From: Planctomycetota bacterium
GTDB lineage: Bacteria > Planctomycetota > UBA8742 > UBA2392
DNA length: 64,000 bases
NCBI GenBank assembly: GCA_015075515.1
Contig: JABTUE010000002.1
Location: 777,088-841,087 of the forward strand
Reading direction: 5' to 3'
The notes under the pieces are model-generated. The model did not search any database, was not told where the DNA came from, and saw only the letters and a program-made list of their open reading frames with translations. Positions 28,199-37,522 of this stretch are shown here, one piece after another. Every line of letters starts with the position of its first letter. The stretch's first letter is position 1. The position numbers and the translations under genes are program-made.

Positions 28199-28223
28199 GG
28201 ACCGTCGCAATTTGCGACGGTCC
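28199..28223 (-). terminator. perfect 25-nt palindrome / likely intrinsic terminator downstream of phoH
   Basis: GGACCGTCGCAATTTGCGACGGTCC lies 29 nt past the phoH stop. On the minus strand it is followed by a U-rich stretch (CUUAUACUUAU). Confidence 0.4.
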
Positions 28224-28251
28224 AAATTCCATCCACCGGCTTCCACAAAGG

Positions 28252-29274
28252 TCAGGCCTCTTTCGTTTCCTTGACCGTTTCCTTCACCCGCTCGACCCGG
28301 TCGTGGGCTTCGTAGGCGTCAATGATGCGCTGGACCACCTCGTGCCGCACGATGTCGCCGTTGCCCAGCCGGCAGATCTTCACGCCTTCCACTCCGTCCA
28401 GACGGCCCAAGGCATCCGCAAGGCCGCTTTTCTGGCTGTGGGGCAGGTCGGTCTGGCTGATGTCGCCGGTGATCACGGCCTTGCTGCGTTTGCCGATACG
28501 GGTCAGGAACATCAGCATCTGCTTGGGTGTGGTGTTCTGGGCTTCGTCCAGCAGAATGAACGCGCGGTCCAGCGTGCGCCCGCGCATGTAGGCCAGCGGG
28601 GCAATCTCGATCACGTCGCGTTCCATGTAACGCTGGATCTGCGCCATGGGCAGAAGCGCGCCCAAAGCGTCAAAGATCGGGCGCAGGTACGGGTTGACCT
28701 TTTCCTGAAAGCCGCCGGGCAGAAAGCCCAGTTTTTCGCCGGCCTCGACCGCCGGGCGCACCAGCACCAGCTTGCTGACGTTGCCGTGGATCAGTGCCGC
28801 CACAGCCATAGCCGTGGCCAGAAACGTTTTGCCGGTGCCGGCCGGGCCGACACCGAACACCACCTGGGCGGTCTTGATCGCTTCAATGTACGCGCCCTGG
28901 CCCGGCGTCATCGGCCGGGCGCCGTCAAGACCAAGCGGTGAGATCTGGGGGTTGGCCTCGACGTCGGTGCCGTCCTGGTTCAACAGGGCGGTTTCAACGT
29001 CGTTGGTCCGGATCTGGCCGTACTTGCGGATTTTCTCGATCAGGGTCAGCAGGGCGACGTAGGCGTCCAGCACACCCTGTTCTTCGCCGGCGATGCGCAG
29101 CACGTTGTCGCGCGCAAACACCTTCACGTCGAAGTGGCCGCGGATCATCTTCAGGTGACGATCCCGTTCCCCGAACAGCGCGTAGGCTTCTTCCTTGTCG
29201 CGCAGCCGGATGTTCTTTTCCATGTAGGCGACCGTGCTCCTGTGGTCCTGCTCGAGACTTTTTCCCATGCTCAA
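28252..29274 (-). CDS. phoH: PhoH family ATPase
   Basis: 340 aa. N-terminal KH-like region and a Walker A motif GPAGTGKTFLA. Confidence 0.85.
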   Translation of the reverse strand: MSMGKSLEQDHRSTVAYMEKNIRLRDKEEAYALFGERDRHLKMIRGHFDVKVFARDNVLRIAGEEQGVLDAYVALLTLIEKIRKYGQIRTNDVETALLNQDGTDVEANPQISPLGLDGARPMTPGQGAYIEAIKTAQVVFGVGPAGTGKTFLATAMAVAALIHGNVSKLVLVRPAVEAGEKLGFLPGGFQEKVNPYLRPIFDALGALLPMAQIQRYMERDVIEIAPLAYMRGRTLDRAFILLDEAQNTTPKQMLMFLTRIGKRSKAVITGDISQTDLPHSQKSGLADALGRLDGVEGVKICRLGNGDIVRHEVVQRIIDAYEAHDRVERVKETVKETKEA

Positions 29275-29405
29275 ATCGTATCACTCCGGCAGAAGTTTCC
29301 GCCACACCCCATTATACGTGTTAGCAGCCGGGGAAACCCTGTGGAAAGCGCCCGATCGCGGGCACCCGGCCCGCACGGCGCGGCGGGCTGGACGCCCGCG
29401 GTCCG

Positions 29406-30323
29406 CTAAAGCAGCGCCATCACCACCAGGATCAGCGGCCCGGTTAACATGAAATTATCCATGATGTCCATGATGCCGCCAAAACTCGGCACCAGGTTGC
29501 CGCTGTCCTTGATGCCCGCCGCGCGCTTGAAGCCGCTTTCCACCAGATCGCCGCTCTGGGCCGCAATCCCGACAAACCCGCCCAGCAACGCGCCCTGCCA
29601 CCAGTGAACGAGCGTTGGTTTCAGGCCGGGGCCCGCCCCGTTGGCCAGCAGCAGAATCGCCACGCCACCGATGGCCGAAAACAGCAGCCCCGCCACCGCG
29701 CCCTCGATCGTTTTGCCCGCGCTCAGATGCGGGATCAGCTTGTGCCGGCCAAAGGCCTTGCCCAGAAGGTACGCCCCCACGTCGCCAAGCCGGCTGGCGG
29801 CCAGCAGAAAATACAGCAGCCACGGGCCTGAACCCGGCACCTTGCGCAGCCACAGAATCACGGCAATCGGGAAAATAACGTACAGAAAGATGCCCAGGTT
29901 GTTGGTGATGCGCGGGCTCAGGTTGCTGACATCTTTGCGGGTCAGCCCCACCAGCGGAAACAGCACCGCCGCCAGCAACGGCGCCAGCAGTGTCAGCTCG
30001 CGCAGGCCGTTCATGCCCGGCGGCAACGGCACATGGTGCGTGTACGCCCCGCCCCAGGCCATGCGCGCAAAGGCCCCGAAATCGGGCGGGTTGGCCAGCA
30101 ACTGCACGTACCCCAGCAGCGCCAGCGTGGCCAGATACAAAAGGCGCGTGTCCAGCGGCAGACCGCGAAACCGGAACATGCGGCCCAGCTCATGGATGCC
30201 GCCCAGACACATGCCGCAGCAGATGAGAAAGAACCCCCAGGTAAAGCCCAGCAGATGGTCGGCGGCAAGCACCCCGACCAACGCAAAGAACATGCTGAAC
30301 CCGAAGAAGAAACGCTTGCCCAT
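29406..30323 (-). CDS. cdsA: phosphatidate cytidylyltransferase (CDP-diglyceride synthase)
   Basis: 305 aa. Polytopic membrane protein with the C-terminal CTP-transferase signature (…KRAAGIKDSGNLVPSFGGIMDIMDN…). Confidence 0.8.
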   Translation of the reverse strand: MGKRFFFGFSMFFALVGVLAADHLLGFTWGFFLICCGMCLGGIHELGRMFRFRGLPLDTRLLYLATLALLGYVQLLANPPDFGAFARMAWGGAYTHHVPLPPGMNGLRELTLLAPLLAAVLFPLVGLTRKDVSNLSPRITNNLGIFLYVIFPIAVILWLRKVPGSGPWLLYFLLAASRLGDVGAYLLGKAFGRHKLIPHLSAGKTIEGAVAGLLFSAIGGVAILLLANGAGPGLKPTLVHWWQGALLGGFVGIAAQSGDLVESGFKRAAGIKDSGNLVPSFGGIMDIMDNFMLTGPLILVVMALL

Positions 30324-30336
30324 GAGCGCGTGACAC

Positions 30337-30503
30337 TAGAGCATTTTCATGGCTCGTCTACAGGCTTCCGCTTGCGGCGGGCGTCGCATCCCTGCGTCGC
30401 GCTCTCTCAACGTGGCCTCCAGCCACGTCTGCGCTCGCGCTCCTTGGTCTGCTTGCCCGGCGCGGCGCGGAACCCCTGCATACAAACCTGGCAAAAAGCT
30501 CCA
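30337..30503. mobile_element. MITE/REP-like interspersed repeat, copy 2 (~167 bp)
   Basis: Second copy of the 10421–10584 element, starting 14 nt upstream of the cdsA start codon. Both arms are conserved, the central segment diverges (with internal hairpin CGTGGCCTCCAGCCACG), and the right terminus is partly degenerate. Confidence 0.6.
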
Positions 30504-30755
30504 GCAGGCCGTTGAAAAAGTCGCATCAGGCGACTTCTTCAACAGAGAGCAACAGCCCGGCTCGCGGCGTGAAGCCGCTCGCCGGCCGGCCCGTGCAGTC
30601 GCGCGGGCCGGGCGTTGAGAAACACTTTCCCAACACCCTGCCAGCACGCCCCCGGCCGTCGGCAATTGACGCACGGGCGCGGCGTGCAATCCCGTGCCGC
30701 ACGCGCGCAACCATCCGTAGCGCGCGCGCCCGCGCCTGCTAGGCTTAACACAGCT

Positions 30756-33245
30756 ATGGAAGAGCTGGAAAAACAGTATTCGCCGGAACAACAGAAGCTG
30801 CGCGATTCCGTCGCGCCCTCGGCCAACACGGTTTACCTGCAGGTCAAAAGCGAACAGGTCAAGGGCCTGCTGGGCACCCGATACGCCGTGCCCGCCGGCT
30901 TTGTCGGTCTGCTGAATGAAAAGGGCGGGCGCTCGCGGGTCATGCTGCCGGGCGAAGAAGCCGGCGGCGACTTCACCATCCACCTGCTGCGCGACCGCGA
31001 GGTGCGCATTCCGTTTCAGCAGGTAAACGCCCTGACCAAAGACGGCTTTGACGCCGGGCTGAGCTTTGAACTGGCCGTAACGCCTGATGTCACCCGGCGC
31101 GAGTCCATGGACAGCCTGATCGAACGCGCCGGCGAGGGGCGCCGGCACCTGGACTGGCCGCTGCTGAAGGCCGAACTGCAGCCGCAGGTTGCCGCCGCCG
31201 TCAAGCAGGTGCTGCAGCGTTACGACGCCGCCCAGGTTCTTGACGCCGCGCGCGCCGACGCGATCCGCGAGGAAATCCTGGCCCAGTGCCAGGCGCAACT
31301 GGAAAGCCTGGGCCTGACCGACGGCGGCCTGGAAATCGGCCGTATCTTCAGCGACGGCTACGAGCGCCATCTCAAGGACCTGGCCGAGACCGGCCAGAAG
31401 GTTGAAAAGGCCCGCGCCGAACAGGAAGTGCAGACCGCCATGCTGCGCGACCAGTTGGGCCAGGAACTGTCGCGGCGCGAACTGGAAGAGTTTCTGGCCA
31501 GCGCCCGCGAAGAGGGTTTGATCAAGGAACACGAACGCAAGAAGGTTGACATCAACCGCAAGAGCGAACTCGACAAGCTGGAAACCGAATACCGCAAGCA
31601 GCAGCACAGCCTCGAGGCCGCGCTGCGCAAGCTTGTCATGGAAGACAAGCTGCAGCTCGACACGATGATGCTGGAAAAGCACATCGGGGTGGTCAAAAAG
31701 CTCAAGGACGAACTGCCCGACCACCACCTGGAGGTCTACATCAACCTGATCCAGGACGAAAAACTCAAGGCCGAATTGCTCGAGCGCCTGATCCACCGCA
31801 CCATGTCGCCTGAACAGCTCAAGGCCGTGGCCGAAATCGAGGCCCACAAGGCCAAGCAGGTGGAACTGGCCATTTCCAAGCCGCGCCTGGAACCTGTACG
31901 CGATACACCCACGCCCGACCGCACCAAGGCCGGCGATTCGGTCCAGATGGCCAGCGCCGAAGAGGCCGCCCGGCGCCAGGCCCACGTGGAAGAAGACGCC
32001 GCGACCAAGGCCGCGCACCAGATGAACGAGGCACTGGGCACGTCACTGACCGAGGCCGTGCAGGAAGCCACACGCCCGACCGAGGAAACCCAGCCGGGCC
32101 AGGAACAGGATTCCCCCACCGAACCGATCGAGGTGCCGGCCCAACCCGAACCCCAGAAACAGGCCGACGCCCAGCCCGAGGTGGACGCGCTGCTGCTGGT
32201 GGCATCGGGGCGGCGCGTCTACGCGATTGACCCGCTGGGCCAGCGCACGCTGCAGAACTCGGCCATGGAACTCAACTACGACGAGGGCCGGCTGGGCAGC
32301 CTGCGCTCCGTGCGCATTGACGGCGAAGGCGATGATCGCGTGGTGCTGGCCGGCGCGCGCAACGGCGTGTACGCCACCCTGGTGGCGCACCGCAAGGCCG
32401 CGCGCGAATACCCGATCGGCCAGGGCGTGGATGCGCGCACCGGCATCAACGCGGCCGTGATTTACCGCGGCTATCTGTACGCCACACACAGCGAGTTCGG
32501 CCTGCTGCGCTGGCCCTATCTGCAGCCGTTCAGCCCCGGCGTGCAGGTGATGCCCGAACTGATCCGCCAGTATTCAACCACCCGCAGCCTGATGGTGTTC
32601 GGCGACCGGCTGCTGTTTGCCAACGGCCCCACGGTACTGATGCTGGAGGCCCAGAACGATTCCGGCCACCAGTTGCGCGTGGCCGCGCGCTACAAGGGCA
32701 CGCGCCACGAGGTCACGGCGCTGGCCACCGACGACAAATACATCCTGATTGCCGACGCCGCCGGCGATGTCTACGTGTGGGATCCAAACGCCACCGAGCC
32801 GCCGGTGCTGGCGTTTTACGCCGGCACACCGGTCAGCGACCTGGCCGCGGCGCGCCTGCGCGACGGGCGGCATTCGCTGCTGGTGGCAATCAAGCGCGCG
32901 GTTCTGCCCATGCTGTTCCGCGACGGCAGCAACGCGCTGGAGTTCACGTCGCCGGAACCGATCCGCGCCTGCGACACTCTCAATGACACGATTGTCGGCC
33001 TGGGACGCGACCGCATGCGCGTGTTTGCCTGGCGCGCCAACCGGCCCGAATGGCCGGCCTGGCAATTCCAGTTCACCGAACCGGTGCTGGACATGCGGCT
33101 TGTTCTGCCCGGCCGCGTGGCCGGCAAACCCGACACCCCGACGGTTCAACCGGCGCCGGCACCGCGTTCTGCCCCGCCCACACCGCCGCCCCGCACCAAC
33201 ACCGAAATCCGCGCCAGCCTGAAACGCCCGCCGGGGTACTCGTAG
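30756..33245 (+). CDS. SPFH (flotillin-like) domain – long coiled-coil – C-terminal beta-propeller-like fusion protein
   Basis: Likely start MEELEKQYS; the ORF track starts at 30615. SPFH-like core (RIPFQQVNALTKDGFDAGLSFELAVTP). ~350 aa of charged coiled-coil heptads. ~300-aa repeat-rich C-terminus. No N-terminal membrane anchor. Confidence 0.6.
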   Translation: MEELEKQYSPEQQKLRDSVAPSANTVYLQVKSEQVKGLLGTRYAVPAGFVGLLNEKGGRSRVMLPGEEAGGDFTIHLLRDREVRIPFQQVNALTKDGFDAGLSFELAVTPDVTRRESMDSLIERAGEGRRHLDWPLLKAELQPQVAAAVKQVLQRYDAAQVLDAARADAIREEILAQCQAQLESLGLTDGGLEIGRIFSDGYERHLKDLAETGQKVEKARAEQEVQTAMLRDQLGQELSRRELEEFLASAREEGLIKEHERKKVDINRKSELDKLETEYRKQQHSLEAALRKLVMEDKLQLDTMMLEKHIGVVKKLKDELPDHHLEVYINLIQDEKLKAELLERLIHRTMSPEQLKAVAEIEAHKAKQVELAISKPRLEPVRDTPTPDRTKAGDSVQMASAEEAARRQAHVEEDAATKAAHQMNEALGTSLTEAVQEATRPTEETQPGQEQDSPTEPIEVPAQPEPQKQADAQPEVDALLLVASGRRVYAIDPLGQRTLQNSAMELNYDEGRLGSLRSVRIDGEGDDRVVLAGARNGVYATLVAHRKAAREYPIGQGVDARTGINAAVIYRGYLYATHSEFGLLRWPYLQPFSPGVQVMPELIRQYSTTRSLMVFGDRLLFANGPTVLMLEAQNDSGHQLRVAARYKGTRHEVTALATDDKYILIADAAGDVYVWDPNATEPPVLAFYAGTPVSDLAAARLRDGRHSLLVAIKRAVLPMLFRDGSNALEFTSPEPIRACDTLNDTIVGLGRDRMRVFAWRANRPEWPAWQFQFTEPVLDMRLVLPGRVAGKPDTPTVQPAPAPRSAPPTPPPRTNTEIRASLKRPPGYS

Positions 33246-33256
33246 CGCCCGCGACC

Positions 33257-33634
33257 ATGACCGACCCCGGCCTGAAGTCCGCGACCGACGCCTGGCTGTG
33301 GCAATCCGCCCTGGCGGCCTTTGCCGCCCGCGACTGGTTTGAAGTGCACGAACTGCTGGAAGAACTCTGGCGCCGCGCGCCCGAACCCGAAAAGACCCCG
33401 CTGCAGGGCCTGTTGCAGGCCGCCGTGTGCCTGTACCACTGGGGCAACGGCAATTTTGCCGGCGCGCGCATTCTGGCCGCCGAAGCCGCGGACAAACTGG
33501 CCCGTTCGCCCGCGCACTGGCGCGGGCTTGACCTGGCGGGGTACCTGCAACGTTTTCGCGCCGCCGTGGCGCCGCTGCATCAACCGGGGGCAAGGCTGAA
33601 GCCGCTGCGGCCGCAGGACGCGCCGCTTCCCTGA
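33257..33634 (+). CDS. DUF309 domain protein
   Basis: Start at MTDPGL; the ORF track starts at 33050. DUF309-like motif WFEVHELLEELW…LLQAAVCLYHWGNGNFAGA. Confidence 0.6.
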   Translation: MTDPGLKSATDAWLWQSALAAFAARDWFEVHELLEELWRRAPEPEKTPLQGLLQAAVCLYHWGNGNFAGARILAAEAADKLARSPAHWRGLDLAGYLQRFRAAVAPLHQPGARLKPLRPQDAPLP

Positions 33635-33732
33635 CGCCGGCTTGCGCTGCGCGCCCCCCGCGTGGATGCGGTTGTTATCCGCGCGCGTCCGTGTTATCCG
33701 TGCTGGTCGTTGCTTCACGAAAGGATCGCGCC

Positions 33733-34545
33733 ATGGCCGAAATTCCGCCCCCTGTCAAACCGATCGGCGTTGAGCTCAAGCTGCGCAAGCTCGAACTGCC
33801 GCCGGCCGCCGGACGCCTGTACGACGATTTCGTGGGCAAAATCGAAGCCCGCATTACCAAAGGCGACGACCGCAACGACATCTGCCGCGACGCCCTGGCC
33901 GAGGTGTTCGGCAATCCCGCGGGCAACCACCTGCTGAACGCCCAGTTCGACCCGCGCAACGTGACCCTGGAAAGCGAATACTACGGCGATTGCGACCTGG
34001 CGCGCTTTGCCGCCGTCAAGCCGCTGCTGTGGCTGTGGTACATGTTCGACCGCAGCCCCGCGGGCTTCAACCTCGAGTTCGGGTTCCGCCTGCGCCGCAT
34101 GCTGGCCAAACACATCTTCAAACGCGTGGGCGCAAACTTTAAGTGCTTTCCCTACGTCGAGTTCACCTTCGGCTACAACATGGAAGTCGGCGACAACGTC
34201 GTCGTCCACCGCTGGGTACTGCTGGACGACCGCGCCGGCATCGTGCTGGGCGACAAGGCCAGCATCAGCGACTTTGTCAACGTCTACAGCCACACCCACG
34301 ACATCAACCTTCAGCAGTTCGTGGACAACAAAGTAACGCGCATCGGCCCGCGCTGCCGTCTGACCTATCACAGCACGGTGCTGGCGGGCGTGCAGATGGG
34401 CGAAAACTCGATGCTGGGCGCGCACGGGCTGTTGACCAAGGACGCCCGCGAACACGCGGTGTACGTGGGGATTCCGGCCAAGAAGGTAAAGGAAAAAGAC
34501 CGCGAACTGGCCGTGCCGACGAAACACCCCGACCAGCGGATGTAG
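33733..34545 (+). CDS. hexapeptide-repeat (left-handed beta-helix) acyl/acetyltransferase
   Basis: Start at MAEIPPP; the ORF track starts at 33691. Hexapeptide repeats (VGDNVVVHRWVLLDDRAGIVLGDKASISDFVNVYSHTHD…). Confidence 0.72.
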   Translation: MAEIPPPVKPIGVELKLRKLELPPAAGRLYDDFVGKIEARITKGDDRNDICRDALAEVFGNPAGNHLLNAQFDPRNVTLESEYYGDCDLARFAAVKPLLWLWYMFDRSPAGFNLEFGFRLRRMLAKHIFKRVGANFKCFPYVEFTFGYNMEVGDNVVVHRWVLLDDRAGIVLGDKASISDFVNVYSHTHDINLQQFVDNKVTRIGPRCRLTYHSTVLAGVQMGENSMLGAHGLLTKDAREHAVYVGIPAKKVKEKDRELAVPTKHPDQRM

Positions 34546-34632
34546 TTCATTCAAGACTGCCGATGCAGGATGACCACAACAGCATGGGCGCAATCACCTG
34601 TCCTGTCTTGAATCGAGAATCTGGAATCGCCG

Positions 34633-36054
34633 TTATCCCCCATACGCCTTTTTCACCAGCGTTTCGAGTTGCGCCAGCAGCCTGGGGTTCTTGCCAGCGA
34701 CCTTTTGCAGCTCGCGGCTGGTCTGCACAAGCGGCTCAAAGGCCGCGCCGGCCGCCCGGCGGGCGGGAACGGGCAGAACGTTGAGCTGGTCAATCGTGAT
34801 CCGGCCCTCGGCGCGCAGGCGGCCTTCCTTGAAACTGTCGCGGTACAGCCGCGCGAAGTACTCGCTGTTAAAGATGCCCAGCAGGTAATCCTCGTCGTAG
34901 GCCTCGCCGCCCAGGCATCCGATCAGGTCATCGCGGAACAGCGCCGGCGGGCTGTGTCTGGCGGCAATCACGCGCGTGGCCTCGCGCCGGATCAGAATCT
35001 TGACCTGCTTGAAAACCGCCGGCGACGACAGTTTGGCGTAAAAACCCGTGACTTTGGGGACCTTGCCGCGCAGAAAGAAACGCGGCTTGCGCACGCCAAA
35101 GGCAATCACGTCGCTGGCGTCGCGCACGGGCAGGTCGCCGGGGCCGGGCTTGTCGGTGAACAACAGGTGGGCCGAGTTGCCGGGGTTGATGCCGATGTCG
35201 CAGAACGACCCGGCGGGCATCGGCGCGTGCCTCTGGATGCTGCTGGCGTACAGCCGTTCGTGCTCGTCGGCGCGCGATGTCCAGGGCTCGCCGGAAATGT
35301 CGCCCTTGCCCGCCGTAAACACAAACAGGCCGGGTTCTTCGTCAATGCCGGGGATCTCGCCGGCGCTGGTGTGCAGGATCTGTTCGGGCGCCAGCAGGTT
35401 GGCCAGGGCGCGGCGCAGCCCGGCGTAATCGGGCACATCGGCCACGCGGTACGGCAGCAGCATGCCCGCGCGGCCGCCCTGGCGCCGCACCAGCCGCCCG
35501 GCCAGTTCGGCAAACGCGCCGTGCAGCGAGGGCAGGCTGGCAAAGCTGCCAAAACGCCGCGCGAACCAGGCGCGCTTGTCGGGGGCCATGCTCTGGGCGT
35601 TGGCGCCGCGCAGCTCGCGAAACGGCGGGCACAGCAGCAAGGCATCGGCGATCTCGCGGTCGTCGTTCATCAGGGCGTCGGTGGTGACCAGCTTGAATTT
35701 CGGCTGCACGCGCAACACCTGCGCCGCCACGGCAAACACCCGGTGCGCACCGTCGTTGAGCTCGCGGGCGATCTCCCAGCCCTGCATGCGGTTGGTCAAC
35801 AGCGGCGCAACCCAGTCCGGGCGCTGCACGGTGGCCCATTCCAGCGCCGCCAGCAGCAGCGCCCCAAGACCGCTGCAGGGATCCAGCACCAGTGGGCAGG
35901 CACCCTTTGGGAACTTGCCCAGCGTTTCGTGGGCCAGCCGCAACGCCAGCGCGCGCGGCGTAAAGGCCACGCCCAAAGCCTCGCGCACCCTGGGCGGCAG
36001 ACTTCTGGCAAGCTTGTCATGTTCGGCCCACGCGGGCGCAAGGGACACAGGCAT
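34633..36054 (-). CDS. N6-adenine DNA methyltransferase (gamma-class, TaqI/Eco57I-like) with C-terminal target-recognition domain; apparently orphan
   Basis: 473 aa. Motif I VLDPCSGLGALLLAA followed by motif IV LLLCPPF (Cys in place of the usual N/D/S). No restriction endonuclease gene is adjacent. Confidence 0.65.
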   Translation of the reverse strand: MPVSLAPAWAEHDKLARSLPPRVREALGVAFTPRALALRLAHETLGKFPKGACPLVLDPCSGLGALLLAALEWATVQRPDWVAPLLTNRMQGWEIARELNDGAHRVFAVAAQVLRVQPKFKLVTTDALMNDDREIADALLLCPPFRELRGANAQSMAPDKRAWFARRFGSFASLPSLHGAFAELAGRLVRRQGGRAGMLLPYRVADVPDYAGLRRALANLLAPEQILHTSAGEIPGIDEEPGLFVFTAGKGDISGEPWTSRADEHERLYASSIQRHAPMPAGSFCDIGINPGNSAHLLFTDKPGPGDLPVRDASDVIAFGVRKPRFFLRGKVPKVTGFYAKLSSPAVFKQVKILIRREATRVIAARHSPPALFRDDLIGCLGGEAYDEDYLLGIFNSEYFARLYRDSFKEGRLRAEGRITIDQLNVLPVPARRAAGAAFEPLVQTSRELQKVAGKNPRLLAQLETLVKKAYGG

Positions 36055-36086
36055 GGCCGGACGTTACCCCATGCGCTCGGAACCGG

Positions 36087-36755
36087 TCAACCAACCAGCA
36101 CAAGCACGTCGGCCAGTTCGTTCCTGTCGTCGCCCTGGCGCGGCAGCACGGCGCCAAGCTTTTCTCCGGCCTGGGCGATTGCCGCGGCCAGAGCCTCGGG
36201 CACCGGCTGTTTGCGCAGCGCGCCCGTCAGCGTCGCGCAGATTTCGTCCAGCGCCGCCTGGCCCAGCCTGGCCGTGACCTCTTCATCGGCCAGCACCACC
36301 GCGCGGTGCTCCAGCAGGCTGACATAAATCAGCAGGCCGCTGGAACCCGCGGTGTGGTGCACGCGCTGGTCAAAGAACGCCTGTCGCGCCGCGCGCTGCA
36401 CCTCTGCCGCCGTCTCGGCGGCCGGCGTAAACAGCATCGTCAGCCACCCCACGCGCGAGGCCAGCCCCACACCCAGCGCAAAGCCTGCGGGCACAATCAG
36501 CAGCGCGTGCCACCAGTCAATCGTGTAGCCCGTGCCCCACGCGACCTCGCGCGGTCCCTGAAAGGCCAGCCATGCCGCCACGTACAGCGCCAGCCCCAGC
36601 ATCAGGCCGAATGCGTCTTCGGCGCGGTCGTAACGGCCGCTTTGCGTCGCCACCACGGGCACGATCTCGGCGCTGGTTTTTGCCTCGGCGGCCGCAACAG
36701 CCTCGGCAATACGCTTGCGCTCAGCCAACCCGAACACCTGATGGGCCCGTTTCAT
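36087..36755 (-). CDS. TPM-domain (TLP18.3/Psb32/MOLO-1-like) protein
   Basis: Start at MKRAHQVFGLAERKRIAEAV; the ORF track extends to 37130. This start overlaps the upstream stop (TGATG). Confidence 0.55.
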   Translation of the reverse strand: MKRAHQVFGLAERKRIAEAVAAAEAKTSAEIVPVVATQSGRYDRAEDAFGLMLGLALYVAAWLAFQGPREVAWGTGYTIDWWHALLIVPAGFALGVGLASRVGWLTMLFTPAAETAAEVQRAARQAFFDQRVHHTAGSSGLLIYVSLLEHRAVVLADEEVTARLGQAALDEICATLTGALRKQPVPEALAAAIAQAGEKLGAVLPRQGDDRNELADVLVLVG

Positions 36756-37522
36756 CACCAGCTCCCGCTTGCGCCGCCACCGCGCGAAAACCCGCCGCCA
36801 AAACTGCCGCCGCCGAAACCGCCACTGAAACCGCTGCGCCGCCGCCCGGACAACAGCGCCATCAGCAGAAAGCCCAGCACCGTGAACACCACGCCCCAGA
36901 ACACCCAGGCCCAGCCGCTGCGGCCACGCCGGTACAGCGAAACCCCGGTCCACACCATCAGGGCAAAGAACCCGATTGCCAGCAGCACGGCCTGCCACGG
37001 AAACGGCGGCGCCGGCAACTGTTCGCCGCGCGCCATCGTCGCCAATTGCTCGACACCCGCGACAAGGCCGCCGGCGTAGTCGCCCTTGCGAAAGCGCGGC
37101 ACCATGAACTCGTCCATGACGCGCCGGCACTGGGCGTCGTGGCCGCTTTCCCAGCCCGCGCCCAGTTCAATGCGGGCCTTGCGGTCGCCGGCCGACACAA
37201 TCACGAGCATGCCCTTGTTCCAGGGCTTGCCGTGGATGGTGGGGTGACCCACGCCCCACTGGTTGTAAAGCGCCGTGGCAAAGCGTTCGATGCTCATGTC
37301 GCCGCCGTAGACCTGAATCGTCTCGATGGTGACCACGACAATCGGTATGCCGCGCTCGCGCAGCACACTGTCACAGATCTGCCGGATCGCCTGCACAGAA
37401 CGTTCGTCCAGCAGCCCGGCGCGATCCAGCACGAACTCGCGCTGGCCCGGCGGCTCAAGTTCAATCCGCGCGGCCAAAGGCGCGGCAAACAAAAGAAGCA
37501 GCAACAGACCGTGTCGAACCAT
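36755..37522 (-). CDS. TPM-domain protein (YgcG-like) with TM helix and Gly-rich tail
   Basis: Start at MVRHGLLLLLLFAAPLAA (signal/anchor); the ORF track extends to 37627. TPM domain (IPIVVVTIETIQVY…GMLVIVSAGDRKARIE), a transmembrane helix, then GGFGGGSFGGGFSRGGG. Confidence 0.62.
   Translation of the reverse strand: MVRHGLLLLLLFAAPLAARIELEPPGQREFVLDRAGLLDERSVQAIRQICDSVLRERGIPIVVVTIETIQVYGGDMSIERFATALYNQWGVGHPTIHGKPWNKGMLVIVSAGDRKARIELGAGWESGHDAQCRRVMDEFMVPRFRKGDYAGGLVAGVEQLATMARGEQLPAPPFPWQAVLLAIGFFALMVWTGVSLYRRGRSGWAWVFWGVVFTVLGFLLMALLSGRRRSGFSGGFGGGSFGGGFSRGGGASGSW

Noticed and set aside
30336-32018. 560-aa minus-strand ORF
   Set aside because: It is antisense to the SPFH–coiled-coil gene. 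It also begins inside the repeat element.
34560-34625. Inverted repeat TCAAGAC…GTCTTGA between the convergent acetyltransferase and methyltransferase genes
   Set aside because: The stem is only 7 bp with a ~40-nt loop, and no U-tract follows. This is too weak to call a terminator or operator.
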